Origin: Octopus bimaculoides | Lineage: Eukaryota | DNA length: 64,000 nucleotides | Assembly (NCBI RefSeq): GCF_001194135.2 | Contig: NC_069003.1 | Location: forward strand, 18,800,101-18,864,100 | Direction of reading: 5' to 3' | Shown here: positions 12,898 to 26,335 of the stretch, in pieces | How the letters are laid out: the number at the start of each line of letters is the position of its first letter | How positions within the stretch are numbered: position 1 is the stretch's first letter | The notes under the pieces: generated by a model | The model's database searches: none | Seen by the model: the letters and a program-made list of their open reading frames with translations, nothing else | What the model was told of the DNA's origin: nothing | Translations under genes and position numbers: made by a program

Positions 12898-13711
12898 GGT
12901 ACGTTTTGGTTATCTCACCCCCATTTAAAAAATTACCATTAAAAAATTGGATTACCTCTCCTCTAAAAAATTGAGTTTGTTTGGTGACAAGAGATTGGAT
13001 TAAAATTGTTAGATCCTTTTGATTCAGTACATCAACACATCGTTGACGTTTGGCTTCCTCAATAGGCATGGTGCTAGTTGTTATAAAAATGTTATTAGAT
13101 TCAATAAGATGATTAATTTTTTTCAGTTTTCCTGTTTATTAAGTTTTTTAGTTTTCTTGTTTATTAATTTTTTCAGTTATCGTGTTTATTGATTTTTTTC
13201 ATTCGGTGGCACGTGTAAAGACATTCGAGTGAGATCGTTGCCAGTGCCGCTGGACTGGCTCCTATGCAGGACATGAAACTCGGCTTGTGAAGACCTGTTG
13301 GGGCAAGCGAAAGCGAAATCGTGATGGCACCTGTGCCCAGCGTCGCCTTCCTGGCACGTCTAAAGACATTCGAGTGAGATCGTGCCAGTGCCGCTGGACT
13401 GGCTCCTGTGCAGGTGGCACGTAAAATACACCATTTTGAGCATGTCCATTGCCAGTACCACCTGACTGGCCTTCATGCCATTGGTATGTAAAAGCACCCA
13501 CTACGCTCTCGGAGTGGTTGGCATTAGGAAGGGCATCCAGCTGTAGAAACTCTGCCAAATCAGATTGGAGCCTGCTGTTGCCAGCTGGTTCACCAGTCCT
13601 CAGTCAAATCGTCCAACCCATGCTAGCATGGAAAGCGGATGTTAAACGATGATGATGATGAGGGTTAAATAACCCATTTTTTTAATGGGGGTGAGATAAC
13701 CAAAAAGTACC
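12898..13711. mobile_element. Merlin-like non-autonomous DNA transposon
   Basis: 35-bp TIRs ggtac(g/t)ttttggttatctcacccccatt(t/a)aaaaaa; perfect 8-bp TSD aataactt at 12890-12897 and 13712-13719; internal about 25-bp tandem repeats at 13116-13192. Confidence 0.75.
13204..13661 (+). mobile_element. RTE LINE 3' UTR fragment with (GAT)n tail
   Basis: Same tail sequence as the LINE at 43185-44430; similar tails near 22230, 23865, 26625, 27830, 30490, 38230 and 59270. Confidence 0.8.
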
Positions 13712-13865
13712 AATAACTTTGTCATCATGAAATTTGGATGGAAGAATTTTTAATTTAGATCACTTAAAAATATGAAGTTTGTATCATCAAACCCAGAGTG
13801 ACTTCAAGCAGTTTAGGATCAGAAGGGAAATAGTCTTGTTTAGCCCCAGAGTAATCCTAGTGGAA

Positions 13866-14086
13866 CCTGTTAGCATTCAGATTACTCTGTCAAATGTAAT
13901 GCTTATTTATTCACATTGTTTTCAATTAATCATGCATTATCTCACAGTTTCAAGATTTCCATGATGTGATTGTTTATTTTTAGAATGACATTATAGGGTA
14001 GGTGTGAGAAGTTTGATCTAGTTGGTTTGAATGTAAAACAGGTAGAATATATTGGACCGAATATGGCTGGTTTGAATTCTGAAGGA
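13866..14086. mobile_element. piggyBac-like MITE P1
   Basis: Homologous to 4899-5127 in the opposite orientation; ends before TTAA. Confidence 0.75.
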
Positions 14087-15053
14087 TTAAGACATTCTGG
14101 CTATAACCATTCCATCCTAGATTTCGGGGGTTTTTTCATTTTAAAAAAAAAAATATTTTATTGAATGTTGGAGTGTGATGGAGATTTTTAACTAAGATTT
14201 AACTGTTATTTTTAGAAAGTGAAGTGGTTCGTGTTCAGAGCTCCTAGTTGGCTTTTTTTTCTTTTACAAGTTGTATTGTGTTGCTAAGCCAGACAGCTGT
14301 GAATAAACATAAGGACTACAACTGAGTTAAGTGACTGACTTAAGTGAGATCCAGTACATCCTGATACACTGAACTTATCAGTAACTATCTTTGAAAGACT
14401 TGTTAAAGTTTATTTCTTTCTCACTAGTTCTGAAGTACCCCTACACTATCAACTGTTAAATCTCTTATAACTGACTGTCAGATTTTTAACTAACCAGTAA
14501 GGGTGAGAAAGAGGCGTAATCCTATGGCTTACTTTGACTTTCTGTTTATCTGATTTGTCATTGGGTTAATATGCCTTTCTTATGGCAGTAATATACCCAA
14601 CCCCCACCTTTATTTTTCATTTTTATTGTCATTGATTTCAAAAACAAATAAAAAAAATTTCCAGTCCTCATTCTCTCTATCTCTCTCTCCCTCTCCATCT
14701 TTTAGTTGTTGTTGTTGTGTGGGTGTATGTGTATAGTTTGATGATGATGTCTTGCAAGCGCTTCATGTAAATGCAAGTGATTCTCTTTCAGAAGGTTTCA
14801 AAGTGAACAAAAATAATGCTTGCTTTGAAGAAGGTTAAAACTACAGAGCCTGGATAGATTACTTTAAGGTGGTAGCAGAGAAATGGTACAGCTTTGTAAA
14901 AGTGGACAGGATGATAGAATTTTGAGTGGCAATTGGTTTATGGTCAAACCTGAGGCAGTGAAAGACCTCTGGCATATATTATATATTTAATATATATATG
15001 TGCATCGTTGACGATTTTCTTTCTCTGTCTTCCCTTCTTTGGAATTTTCCTAT

Positions 15054-15088
15054 ATCTCTGACGAAGATCTCTGATCGAAACGTTAAAT
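15054..15088 (+). ncRNA. Degenerate minimal hammerhead-like motif
   Basis: ATCT CTGACGA A GATC-TCT-GATC GAAA CGT T AAAT; stem I has one mismatch and there is an extra A after the core. Confidence 0.4.
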
Positions 15089-16297
15089 CCTCTTTCTATT
15101 CTTTCCTTTCCTGAGCGTCCAATAATACTGTACTTATTCCATGTCCTCACGTTGTTTTTTCGTGTTTTTTCATGTTTTTTCTTGCTTGTTCATGTTGAAA
15201 TTGACTAGAGAGAGAGAGAGGGTGAGACAGACAGACAGGGCCATAGAGAGAGGAACAGAAAGAGGAGGAAAATAAGTGACAAAGAGAAAACGAAAGTGGC
15301 AGGTCTATGTTAACTTGTGATAAAAATATCTTGGAAACCTCATGCACCTCACAACATCACACTTCTATTTTTCTTCCTTTATATATACTCTGAGCTAGAT
15401 GTTTTTCATTCTTCCTAAACAGTGTGGTATGGAGGAAACAGGACGACGGGTGGGGGTAGAGGGTTAGGTTTACTAGGACCTTCATTTATCTTAACATCTT
15501 ATTAACCATCGATGAGAAAAACACTAAACATCATATTTGTCAAAAGGAAAAGAAATTTTGGGTTTTTAAGATTAGTGTTGTGCGAGTGTGATGTGTTTTG
15601 TACTTGTGTGTATTGCGATGTGTGTGTTGTAGTGGTGGACACACACACACATATACACAAACCTTTTTAAATGCCTTTGTTTCTTAAACAACAACAACAA
15701 CAAAATATCACAATTCTGTTTCTTAGTAAAACACCAGTGTTCTTTCATTGTGATAAGGCTATGTAGGCCAGTCAGGGCAGTAATAGTTATAAGGGTTGGA
15801 GTAGGAAGAAGAAGAAGAAGATGAAGCAGGGGTAGTGGTGGTGGGGCTGAGAGGAGAATTGGGGTATACGGGTGGGCTATACATCAACAATCCTCCCCTA
15901 CATATTTCAAGTGCCCCACCTGATGACAACGACCTATTTTCATGCTTCTTGGGAAATTAAATAGTGCACCTACCTCTATGCTTACTAAATTCTTTTTCTT
16001 TTTCCTCCTTTTTTTTTTGTACACAGCATGTCCTTTCCTTGTCATCATCATCGCCATCATTATATGCGTTGAACTATTTCACTGTTTACAAAATAGATAG
16101 TGGTAGTAATACTGCTATGTTGTGGTAACTAGCTGTCTCTGTTTAACCCTTTTCCCCAGTTTTACTTGGCTATATTTCCAATAAAATACATACTATTTAT
16201 ATCCAACAGGGGCAGTTTTATTTTTCTCTTATCAACAGAGTTATATGGAGTTATTATTCATCATAAATTGAGCTGCTCCACTAAAAGAATAATTTTA

Positions 16298-16919
16298 CCC
16301 TTTTTAAACCTGCCTGAGAGTGCCTCTGGTTCTGTGACAGAAACTCGCTGTTTTAAAGTGATCTAAATTAAAACCTTCCAGCAAAAATTGAAGTTGATTA
16401 TGTTCTTAAGCCATCTTAACCCTTTAGCATTCAGATCATTCTGTCAAATGTAATGCTTATTTATTCAGATTGTTTTGAATCAATTTTGCATTATCTTGTG
16501 ATTTAAGATTTCGATGATGTAATTGTATATTTTTAGAATGACATTGTAGAGTAGGTGTGAGAGGCCAGATCTGGCCATTTTGAACATAAAACAGGTGGAA
16601 TATTTGGCCAGATATAAACAGTTTGAATGTGAAAGGGTTAATAATTGCAATGGGTTGGACTTTTTGACAGGAGCTGGCCAACCAGAGAGCTGTCCAGTCT
16701 CCATTTGTCTGTTTTGGCATGGTTTCTACATTTTGGATGCCCTTCACAATGCCAAAAGAGTTACAGTGATCTAAATCAAAACCTGTCATCAAAATTTCAC
16801 TTTAATTTATGATCTAAACACCAGCAATAATGACAAAGTTTTTATTAATAAATTCATTATTATTTTGAAAGTTATTTGAAACAAAGTTTGTGTTATTCCA
16901 ACAGAGATATCCTAAAGGG
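16298..16919. mobile_element. P2 MITE pieces with a P1 MITE (16420-16637) nested between them
   Basis: P1 is bounded by TTAA at 16416-16419 and 16638-16641; P2 sequence lies on both sides and ends aaaggg-ttaa at 16919. Confidence 0.7.
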
Positions 16920-17226
16920 TTAATCCTCTGTGCTACACATATAATGTAGTACATTGTATGTTACACTAAACAAATCAGAAATATAGCAGAGGAGTCAGAC
17001 CTAAAGATTAGGTTACAAACATTTTTGTAAAATGTTATGTTTATATAATTACTAAAGTGCTACCCGTCATATGAAACGGGTAATGTTGGAATATATTTTT
17101 GCTGCTGTGGATAATATCAAGTATTGTTACTTAAGCTCAGGAATGATAATTTCACTTTATTCAATTCTCATGCTGTTTATACAAAATAATGAAATGAATA
17201 CTATTTTGTTTTTTAAATAAAAATAT

Positions 17227-17907
17227 GGATCTTTTCAATTTTTTAATTAATTTTTTTAACTAAACACTTTGAAACTTCAGATACTGGTAGAATTTATCAC
17301 ATAGAACAGGGTTTACTCATAATGTTTTTGACAAAATTTTGTATTTTAGAAGTTATTTTGTGTTAAAGTTGTCGTATATGGGTAATTTTAACCAATCAAT
17401 GATGTGTATTCAGTTGAAGAAAATTACTGCTACTGTTTGCGAACAACAACTTCCGGTTCCATTCCCCTAATAAAACCCTTCTTTAATAACCAGAAATGTT
17501 TTTATAGCAACATAGGTTTGTTGTATCAGGGTTGATTTATTTTTCTTTTTGTTAGGAAGATTTGGTTGCTCTTTCTAGCAACTCAAGCGATCAGGTAAAG
17601 GCTCTCTTGTTGCCTCGTCTCATTCCCTTCGTCACTTGTTGTTTAGTCTCGAGTTGGATCTCATTGAACAGATCCGACCTATGTTGCTATAAAAACATTT
17701 CTGTTATTAAAGTAGGGTTTTGTTAGGGGAGTGGACTCATGACAACTTTAACATGAAATAACTTCTAAAATACAAAATTTTGTAAAAAACGTTAAGAGTA
17801 AACCCTGCTCTATGTGACACATTTTACTAGTATCCAAAGTTTCAAAGTGTTTGTTTAATTAAAAAAAAAATTAATTAAAAAATTTGACTGTCAAATTGAA
17901 AAGATCC
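17227..17907. repeat. Long inverted repeat pair (17227-17373 and 17741-17907)
   Basis: ggatcttttcaa...acagggtttactc...ttaaagttgtc recurs as its reverse complement. Confidence 0.8.
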
Positions 17908-18219
17908 CAAAATGTTAAATCTTAAAAAAAAAAACTGAATAAAAAAAGTTTCTCATTTGTATATATCAATATGTATTTATTCAATCAATATATTTATTAT
18001 CAATAACAATATTACTGTTTAACTATCAATTAATTGCAGTTGTGTCATTAGTTGGTATTACCAACCAAAAATGTCATATAGCAAGTATAGTAAGCAAGGG
18101 AGATAAATCAAAGACAATCAGAGTTTTCTCTCTTCAGAGGATGGGCAAACAGAGAGACGGAGACATACTGCCAATTATTTTAATTGTTGACATTCTGATG
18201 CTTCACAAAAACTCATTTA

Positions 18220-18397
18220 CCCTTTTAACCTGCCTTAAACAACCCCCTAGTTTTATGATAAAATTTTCCTGTTTAAAAATACCTTGCATCAAAATTTCAT
18301 GTTAATTTATGTTCCAAACACCAACTAAATTCATTATTTTTAAAATTAATTGAAACAAAGGCAGTGTATTTCAACAAAAGTATTGTAACAAAAGGGG
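18220..18397. mobile_element. piggyBac-like MITE P2
   Basis: ccctttt ... aaagggg-ttaa ends; further P2 pieces near 200-365, 18597-18790, 35139-35353 and 52830-53180. Confidence 0.7.
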
Positions 18398-18799
18398 TTA
18401 AGGGCTGCATACTGCCCAAGTGTTGCAGATTGCTTATGTCTGGTCTGGATGTTTTAAATATATTTCAAGAATTTAAATAGATTCAATAAAATAAGATTTC
18501 ATTATGAAGATGATGCTTATAGAACATCACAAAAATGAAAATATACTTTTACATAAATGATGATAAAAGATTTAAACTTAAGCATGAACTGTTTAACCGT
18601 TTCACTACCATACTTCTGTTTAAATACACTGCCTATGTTTCTATTGATTCTGAAAAATCTAGTAAAAGAATTTTGCTGCTATCGAGCTGGTGATAGGATT
18701 ATAGATTGACATGAAATTTTCATGGAAGGTATTAATTTAGATCACTTTAAAACACAAAATGTTTGTTTAATGAAATCAGGGGCAGTCTTTAGTAGATTG

Positions 18800-20120
18800 G
18801 TTTATATACATACATGCATATGCACACAATGGACTTCTTTCAGTTTTCATCTATCAAGTCCACTCACAAAGCTTTGTTGGATGAGGGCTATAGTAGAAGA
18901 CACTTGCCCAAGGTTCCATGCAGTGGGACTGAACCAGGAACCATTTTGTTGGGAAGCAATCTTCTTACTACATGTCCAGCCCAAAATCTTTATCCTAATA
19001 AGTCTATAGATCCTCAGCAATATGTATTTCAATAATTAGATAAGCTGGTGGTGATTATCTCCCTCCACTCCAGGTATGGTTGTCCATTTACTTGTCTGTA
19101 AATCATGCTACCATTTAACAGATTTTATTTCAAATTCTGCTGGATGTTCACACCTGCTTTTCACCCAGTAAGTTTGGAGTGGGGAAAGATTTGGTTTGGT
19201 TTAGGTTACACATATGGCCATAGAAAGGGTAATACAGGCAGTTTTTCTATTATAAAACTAAAAGAAGTGTTGTGAGGTGAGTTAGTACCAAAAAGGTTAA
19301 TAGATTCTGTTTGAAATAATGTCTCAAATTCCTGCAATTTTAGAGTGAAACAGCTTGGTTTAGTTGTTATAGTTCAAATATTTGGTTGTGTGATGGAGAT
19401 TGCTTTACAACCACATGATTTGGGGTTTAGTCCCACTGTGTGGGCAAATGTCTTCTATCATAGCCGTGTGAGTGAATTTTATTGAAGGAAACTGTGTGGA
19501 AGCCTGTCGTGTGTGTAAGTGTACATATAGACATATGTGCATGTGTTTGACACGCCCATGACTTGATAACCAGTGTTTGTTTATGTTCCTGTGACTTAGC
19601 AGTCCAGCAAAAGTGACAGAATAAGTACCAGACTTTGAAAATATAAGTATTGTGGTCGATTTGTTTGACTAAGCTCTGCAGAGCAGTGCCCCTACATGGC
19701 TCCAATCTAATCTTATTTATACAAGTAAAAGAGTAAAAGGCCAGACTTAAGGCTAAATAATTACAATATATTTAACAGCTTGGCTGAGAGGGAAAACCAA
19801 GGTGCTGGAGCACCAGTCTAAATATTTTACTAAAGCATTTAGTTCCATTCCGTCCATCCCTTGAATTCTGCTTATATCTCACCCAGAATTTAGAAAATAC
19901 ATTCCTGAACAAGGACATAAACAAACCCACATTGGTTGTGAAGCAGTGATGAAAAAACACATATACACACTCACACAATGGACTTCTTTCAGTTTCCATT
20001 TACCAAATCCACTCATTAAGCTTTGGTGGATCAGGGCTATAGTAGAAGACACTTGCCCAAGGTGCTATGCAGTGGGACTGAACCAGGAACCATGAAATTG
20101 GGAAGCAATCTTCTTACTAC
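18800..20120. mobile_element. Cluster of three SINE family A copies (18800-18975 minus, 19383-19740 plus, 19900-20120 minus)
   Basis: Each matches the family A head, body or tail. Confidence 0.75.
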
Positions 20121-22766
20121 ATGTGTTAATACACTGGGTTTTTTCAGTTCATCACCCCTCTTTGCTTCTAAGTTTATGGTTCTCTTGTCAATGTCCAAAA
20201 AAATCAATATTATCATCAAATAATTGGGATAATCAGTCAGAAATTGTCTTTTATAAACCAAAGCTCAGGTCTTTTAGTTGTGATTGCTAGTTGGTAGATT
20301 CCAGTTATGTTATTGTTGAACCTCAGGTCAGCTCCAATCAAGCAAAGATCTTTGAACAAAGGCATTCCAACCATGACCATCCCATCAGACAGTGTGTCAA
20401 GGACAATGTTATTCAAGCTTCCAATTCTGTGGTGACAGCCTCATTCTTAGACTGTCCCTATAGGCCCCTATCATCCTACATGATAGTTAACTTAGGCTAT
20501 TTTGTCTAAGATTGTTATTGTCAGCCCCTTGTTAGTTAACCCCTTTTTATGCCAAAGTTGTCATGAAGGCAGCCCTTTTACCAGTTACTCTGAATAAAGA
20601 CTGACTGATGCAGGGAATAGAGGATTCTTTAGTTCTGCTGTAGTTTTTAATCATCTTTAGTCTCTAGTGCTGATGGTGCAATGAAATGTACCTGGTCCAT
20701 ACTGTAAATTGGTTAGCAATAGGAAGGGCATCAGCTGTGAAAAGCATCCCCCTTCTAAAAGATGAGAGGTAGAGTAGAAAGGACTTTAAAATCTCCTTGT
20801 AGATAAACCTTCTAGTACTGATGGTATGGTAAGATCCACACAGGTTGTAATACTGCAAAATGATTGCTGCTAGGGGGAGCATTCAGCTATAAAAACTGTG
20901 ACAGACAAAACAGCAGAACTGGATTGCTTTTCTCTTTTGTGTTCCTGATGATGCGTGTCTGACGAAAGCAGCAAGACCCATCCAAACCATGCTGGTATGA
21001 AGAAAAAACACTGCTGTAAAATGATAATGATTCTAATTAGCGTTAGGCATTTATTTGGTCATTCTGCAATTTATGCTGTGTTGGCCCTTGACTCTTGAAT
21101 AATGATCTCTAAGTTTGGTGCAAGGACACAGAAATTTATTAAAGAATAAGGAGAGGTGGGCATCTATAGAATTGATGCCAATGTATGACTGGTATTGATT
21201 TTGTAATTCTGGCTAAATTTCAACTCCAGTTGTAAACCAAAATATGATGTTTTGTCTATGAAGTTGATTCTGATTAATAGGCAGAGAATTGGCAGAATTG
21301 TTAGTGCTTTGGAGAGAACATTTTGTAATATTTGGTTCTGATTCTCTGCACTCGGAGTTCAAACCCCATCAAGAACAACTTCGCTTTTCACCTTTCCAGT
21401 ATTGATAAAGTACCAGTCCAGTGTTGGAGTTGATTCTGTCTGCTTGTTTCTTTCTCTTTCTCTCTCCTCTGGAAGAAATCAGCTGTATTCAGACCTGGGG
21501 CCTAAAGAACAGCAACAACACAGTCTGTCCTCTTAGGCAGGTCAAAGGATTGTGTCTTGCTCATATCTTTCATTTTTGGTTTGGTTTCTACAGTTGGATG
21601 CCCTTGCTATCAACAACCACTATACAGTGTATCATGGCATCAACATCAGTGAGGTTGCCTTGTGTAATCTGTAAGATAAAAAGTCCTCACAACTCTATGA
21701 TGTATTTGTTCACACATACATAGATGATTCATACTGCTGGTCACATTTGCTTGCTTTCTGCTGACTCTGGTTCATTTCCTGTTCACTCATTCACTAATCT
21801 AGTTCCTGTTTCTCTACTCACTGAAGTAAACAAACATTAAATATTTTCTTTCTAAATATTGTGTATATAACCTTACAAAAATTTTCAATAGCTTTGATAC
21901 TTGAATGTAATCTGACTGTTGATGGATGTATGTTTAAATAATGTCAGCTACATTTTGCTAGAGTCATAGTTGCTATATATTAAATAGCTGAAACACTATA
22001 TTTTAAAGTATGGTTTGTTCTGTCTTTTTTTTTTTTGATATACAAGTGTAGGCATGGCTGTGTGGTAAGAAGCTTGTTTCCCACCCACATGGTTCTAGGT
22101 TCAGTCCCACTGCATGGCACCTTCGGCAAGTGTTTTCTATTATGGCCTCGGGTTGACCATAGGCTGGAGTCTAATGACTGAAACAAGTAAAAGATAAAAG
22201 ATATTAATAAATGATAAAACACATCCATTATAGTCCATAAAGTGATTGGTTTTAGGAAGGGCACCCAGCCATGGAAACCAGTCAAGTACAAGCGAGATGT
22301 GATCTCATGACCCATTTAGGGTGGCAGTGACTTTAAATAAGAACCTATCCAAACCATGACAACCTGTCCAATCCCAATGCTAGCATGGAAAATGGAAAGC
22401 AGATATGATGATATTGATGATGATGATTACGACAACCATGAAATGTTCACACATTATTCATGGGATTGCCATCTGATTGCACCTTAATCATTTCCCATGA
22501 AATGATTTATAATTCAGAAGTTTTTAGGATAATGATAATATGGAAGGAAGATAAGGCAGACTGAACCAGCCAACACCAACCAACCTTGCTACTTAGTATT
22601 CATCATGTTACAGCAACTACAAGTGAGATAAAATGATAAATATAACACTGCCATCATTTGATAGTAGGTACTCTTGGGAACTTGTATCGGTTTACTGTTG
22701 ATAAATTTATCTTTTCAGTTGTTCTTTGTTCATTTTATAAACTTTTTCACAAAATGTATTTTATAC

Positions 22767-23285
22767 TAAAATAGTTGTATGCTGTTCACTTAATGGTGAC
22801 AGTCCCATGAAGAGTATAATACTACTGCTATTTAGCCCTAGGAAGCAGCACTGCTTCCTGTCAGCCGTGACACATTTCCTGTGTCTTTATGTTTACAAGG
22901 GGGAGACAAGCACCTCCACTTAGCTAAGCCTGCATCCAGAGACATGTTTCTGAGTCTTTGCTCGTCATCAGTCTGGAGTAGCAATGACCTGGTAGTTGGA
23001 GATGCCTGTCAAGCTCTTGTAAACATATAATAATTCTAGTGAAACACATTCACTGATTTCAAAAATAGTAATAATACATTTCTAAATCTTAGAATTATTA
23101 TATGTTTACAAGAGCTTGACTTAGCTTAGCTAAGTGGAGGTGCTTGTTTCCCCCCTGTAAACATAAGGACACAGGAAATGTGTCAAGCCTGACAGGAAGT
23201 GGTGCTGCTTCCTAGGGCTAAATAGCAGTAGAATTATTCCCTTCATGGGACTGTCACATTAAGTTGACAACATACAACTACTTTA
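22767..23285. mobile_element. Foldback element (about 520 bp) with a hammerhead-bearing 78-bp segment in one arm
   Basis: Outer arms 22767-22929 and 23124-23285; perfect 31-bp inner arms 23008-23038 and 23090-23120; unpaired segment 22930-23007. Confidence 0.85.
22935..22977 (-). ncRNA. Minimal type-I hammerhead ribozyme
   Basis: Minus strand UCCAGA CUGAUGA C-GAG-CAAAGA-CUC-A GAAA CAUGU C UCUGGA: perfect 6-bp stem I, full core, palindromic ACAUGU stem III, GUC cleavage triplet; C-A mismatch at the base of stem II. Confidence 0.8.
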
Positions 23286-25134
23286 TCGCATCACTGCTGC
23301 ATAAATCTCTCTGAGAGATTTAGAAATGTATTACTTCTATTTTATATTGTTGCTGTTGTTTAACCTCAGGTCATATCTAATGGATTAAATCTCATCACCA
23401 AAGGCTCTCCAACCATGACCATTATTTATCATTCCATTTTTCCAAGACACAGTGTGCCCCAGTCAGCATAATTTTGCTTTTCTCATCTGGCTTTAGTGGT
23501 ATCCATTCTGTTGCAAGCTTGCAGGTTAGCTCTCTGGTTTGAGGATAACTTTCCCTTTGTCTTCCTTCTGGAAACAGCTATGGATGTTGCCCTTCACATC
23601 TAAGACATTGAAAAAACAAAAATGTTTTCTTAAATGATAGCATCATTTAAAAGATTTGGCTGCTATTTCTAGCATAACTGACCTTGTAGAGGCACCTTTG
23701 ATTGATTGTATTTTCTAAACTGCTCCCTTCATTTTCTTGTTTATGGATGAAGTATTGGAGGCTGGTTTCAAGACTTCTGAACCTTCCGAAGAAGATGACA
23801 AAGGACTGAGATATCTGGCACTTTGTTGTACTCAAGAAGACTTGTCCATCACAACAGAATTGATAACAGTGCTGGTGCCATGTTAAAAGCACCCAGTCCA
23901 CTCTGTGGAGTGGTTGGCATTAAGAAAAGCACCCAGCTGTAGAAACCATGCTAGAACAAACAATGGAACCTAGTGTGCCCCCCACCCCCCGGCCATACCA
24001 GCTCTTATCAAACCATCCAACCCATGCCAGCATGGAAAATGGAGGTTAAATAATGATGATGATGATGTTTTGGTTATTTTTTCATCCATTACTGTGTGTC
24101 AAACAAGATATACATTCTGTTTCACCTGAGACTCTTCAAGAATCCTATGGGGTTTTTGATTACATTTGCACTTTTCTGTCAACCTATATATGTGTATGTA
24201 TGTTTGTATGTGTGTGTCTGTATTTGTATGTACAAATATGTATAGATTGGGTTAACTCTATATTGAAGGATTACTCAATACTTTTCAGTGGAATATTATA
24301 TTTATTTATTTTTACAAAGAGAACATTGACAGTGACTTTGAAGTATCGATTCATTTGCCATCATCAAACTAATGTGGCTTGGATGGAAATTAATTCTGAG
24401 GCAAGATTTTATGGTTGGATGCTCTTCTTGTCACTCACCCTCACCTGTTTTTTCAAGTAAAGGGATTTGTATGTTCCACAGGTACTTTGAAAGAGCAGAA
24501 CTACCAATCCTAATCTCAACAAGGATTGTCAATACCTTGCTCTGCTTTGCTTAAATAGTAACACACAAAATATCAACATTTACACACATTCGCTTAAATG
24601 CATGTAGGCTTAATGGTTTCCATCTCCTGATTCAAGTACAAGCTTTGGTCATCCTGGGGCTATAATAGATGACATTTGGTCATGGTGCTGTGCAGTGGCA
24701 CTGAGCCTGAAAACACATGATTGTGCAGTGACTTCAAATTACACAGCCATACATACATCATATATATGTTTTCATTAAATGAACAAATGATACAGTTCAA
24801 TGGTAATGTGCTACCATGATCCTGGTAAGTCATGCATGTAATCTAAATTCAATTCGCAGCTGAACTATTTTGTTTCATTTACTCCCATGATTTAAGCAAT
24901 GGCCTCTCATGGCCTAGAACAGTGTGTGCTTCCAGTAAGTCAGCTTGTTGGTGACATACCACACAAAGCTGTAATCGGCTCTGGTTACCCATATGTAATA
25001 TTCTGCAACCGCTTAGTTGGGTACATGATCAATTACAGGGTAAATCATATTGGTTTACATTCTATCCTGTTTCTGTTTGTGGGTTGTGGTCACTTACATT
25101 CTATCAGGTTCAACACAAATTATTGAAATTTTAC

Positions 25135-26335
25135 AGTGCCTGAAAAGATTTGTGATTTGTTTGCCTTCCTACTTACTAAGACTTCGGCTTTTGCTAGGTT
25201 AACTCTAAGGCCCTTCAATTCTAGACCTTGCTTCCACACCTGAAACTTCTTCTCTACTTCTCAGCTATTAGAGCAAGGTCATCAGCATAGAGAAGCTCCC
25301 ATGAGCAGCCTGTCTTGAATTCCTTTGTTATTGCCTGGAGGACTATGATGAGCAAGAGGGGGCTGAGCACTGATCCTTGGTGAACCCCTACATCTACTCG
25401 AAATTCTTCACTATAATCATTGCCAACCCTCACCTTACTGACAACATCCCTATATCTATCCACTCATCTATCAACCACTCATATATCAACCACTCATCTA
25501 TCCCCAGTTTCAACATTGATCACAAGACAAGGGATCGGGGGACCCTGTTAAAGGCTTTCTCCATGTCAACAAAAGCCAAGTACAAAAGTCTTGCAATTCA
25601 AAACACTTCAAGTCTTTGGTCCTCACAATGCAGAACATTGGCTAAGTAAACCTGTCTCCTAGCTTTCCTTTTGGCGATCTGACACCCTGCTATTACCACA
25701 CTTCCATTCCTTCTATGCCTATTTCTTTTACCTAATGGCCCTGTGAACTACTTTGTTCCACCACCATGTCACCTTAAGTCAAGAGGGGACTTTGCACCAT
25801 CCACAGATCTGATCAATAGCTCTCAACAAGTTGTCCTGTAGGAACCTCCAGTTGTCCTCCACATTATGTGATGCTATATCCTCCTCATTTTTGTCAAAAG
25901 CTTCAAGTAATACGTCTCTAAATCTCTGTCCATTCAGAGGTTCCTTAAGCTTCCAGACCCTTCTTTTCCACACTGGTTGTCTTCTGGTAGCCATTTAGCC
26001 CTGATCCTGAAGTCACTACCTACTGACCTATGTTGTGGGGTGCATTCTTCACCTGGGAAATTTTTGGTACTTATAAGTAGCCATCTTTCATTTCCTGGTG
26101 AGAATGTAGTCAGTCTGACTAGTGTGTCCACCAGACTGGTAGGTGAGTAGGGAACTCGCAGGTTTCCTGAAGTTAGTATTACAGATCATAAGATCATTTA
26201 CATCACAGAATTCCAGCAGCCTGGTTCTCTCTTCATTGCGGAAACCAAATCCATTGCCACCATGTACACCATGGAAGCTTCCTGGATGTTGCATGACTAT
26301 CATTGTATGATTGTTGTCATTGGTCAGTGGATAAT
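25135..26335 (-). mobile_element. RTE LINE with internal deletions (endonuclease and RT remnants)
   Basis: GVHGGNGFGFRNEERTRLLEFC, SQTDYILTRK, GVHQGSVLSPLL and LLYADDLALIAE. Confidence 0.9.

Larger units (their letters stand above)
12813..13827. mobile_element. piggyBac-like MITE, family P2, split by a nested insertion
   Basis: TTAA at 12809-12812 followed by ccttttgttac; the two halves rejoin at aataactt. Confidence 0.75.

Noticed and set aside
14737-14833. Open frame FDDDVLQALHVNASDSLSEGF
   Set aside because: Weak acceptor and donor (gttaaa); no recognisable protein.
20925-20972. ctgatga...gaaa motif
   Set aside because: No stem I and poor stem II pairing.
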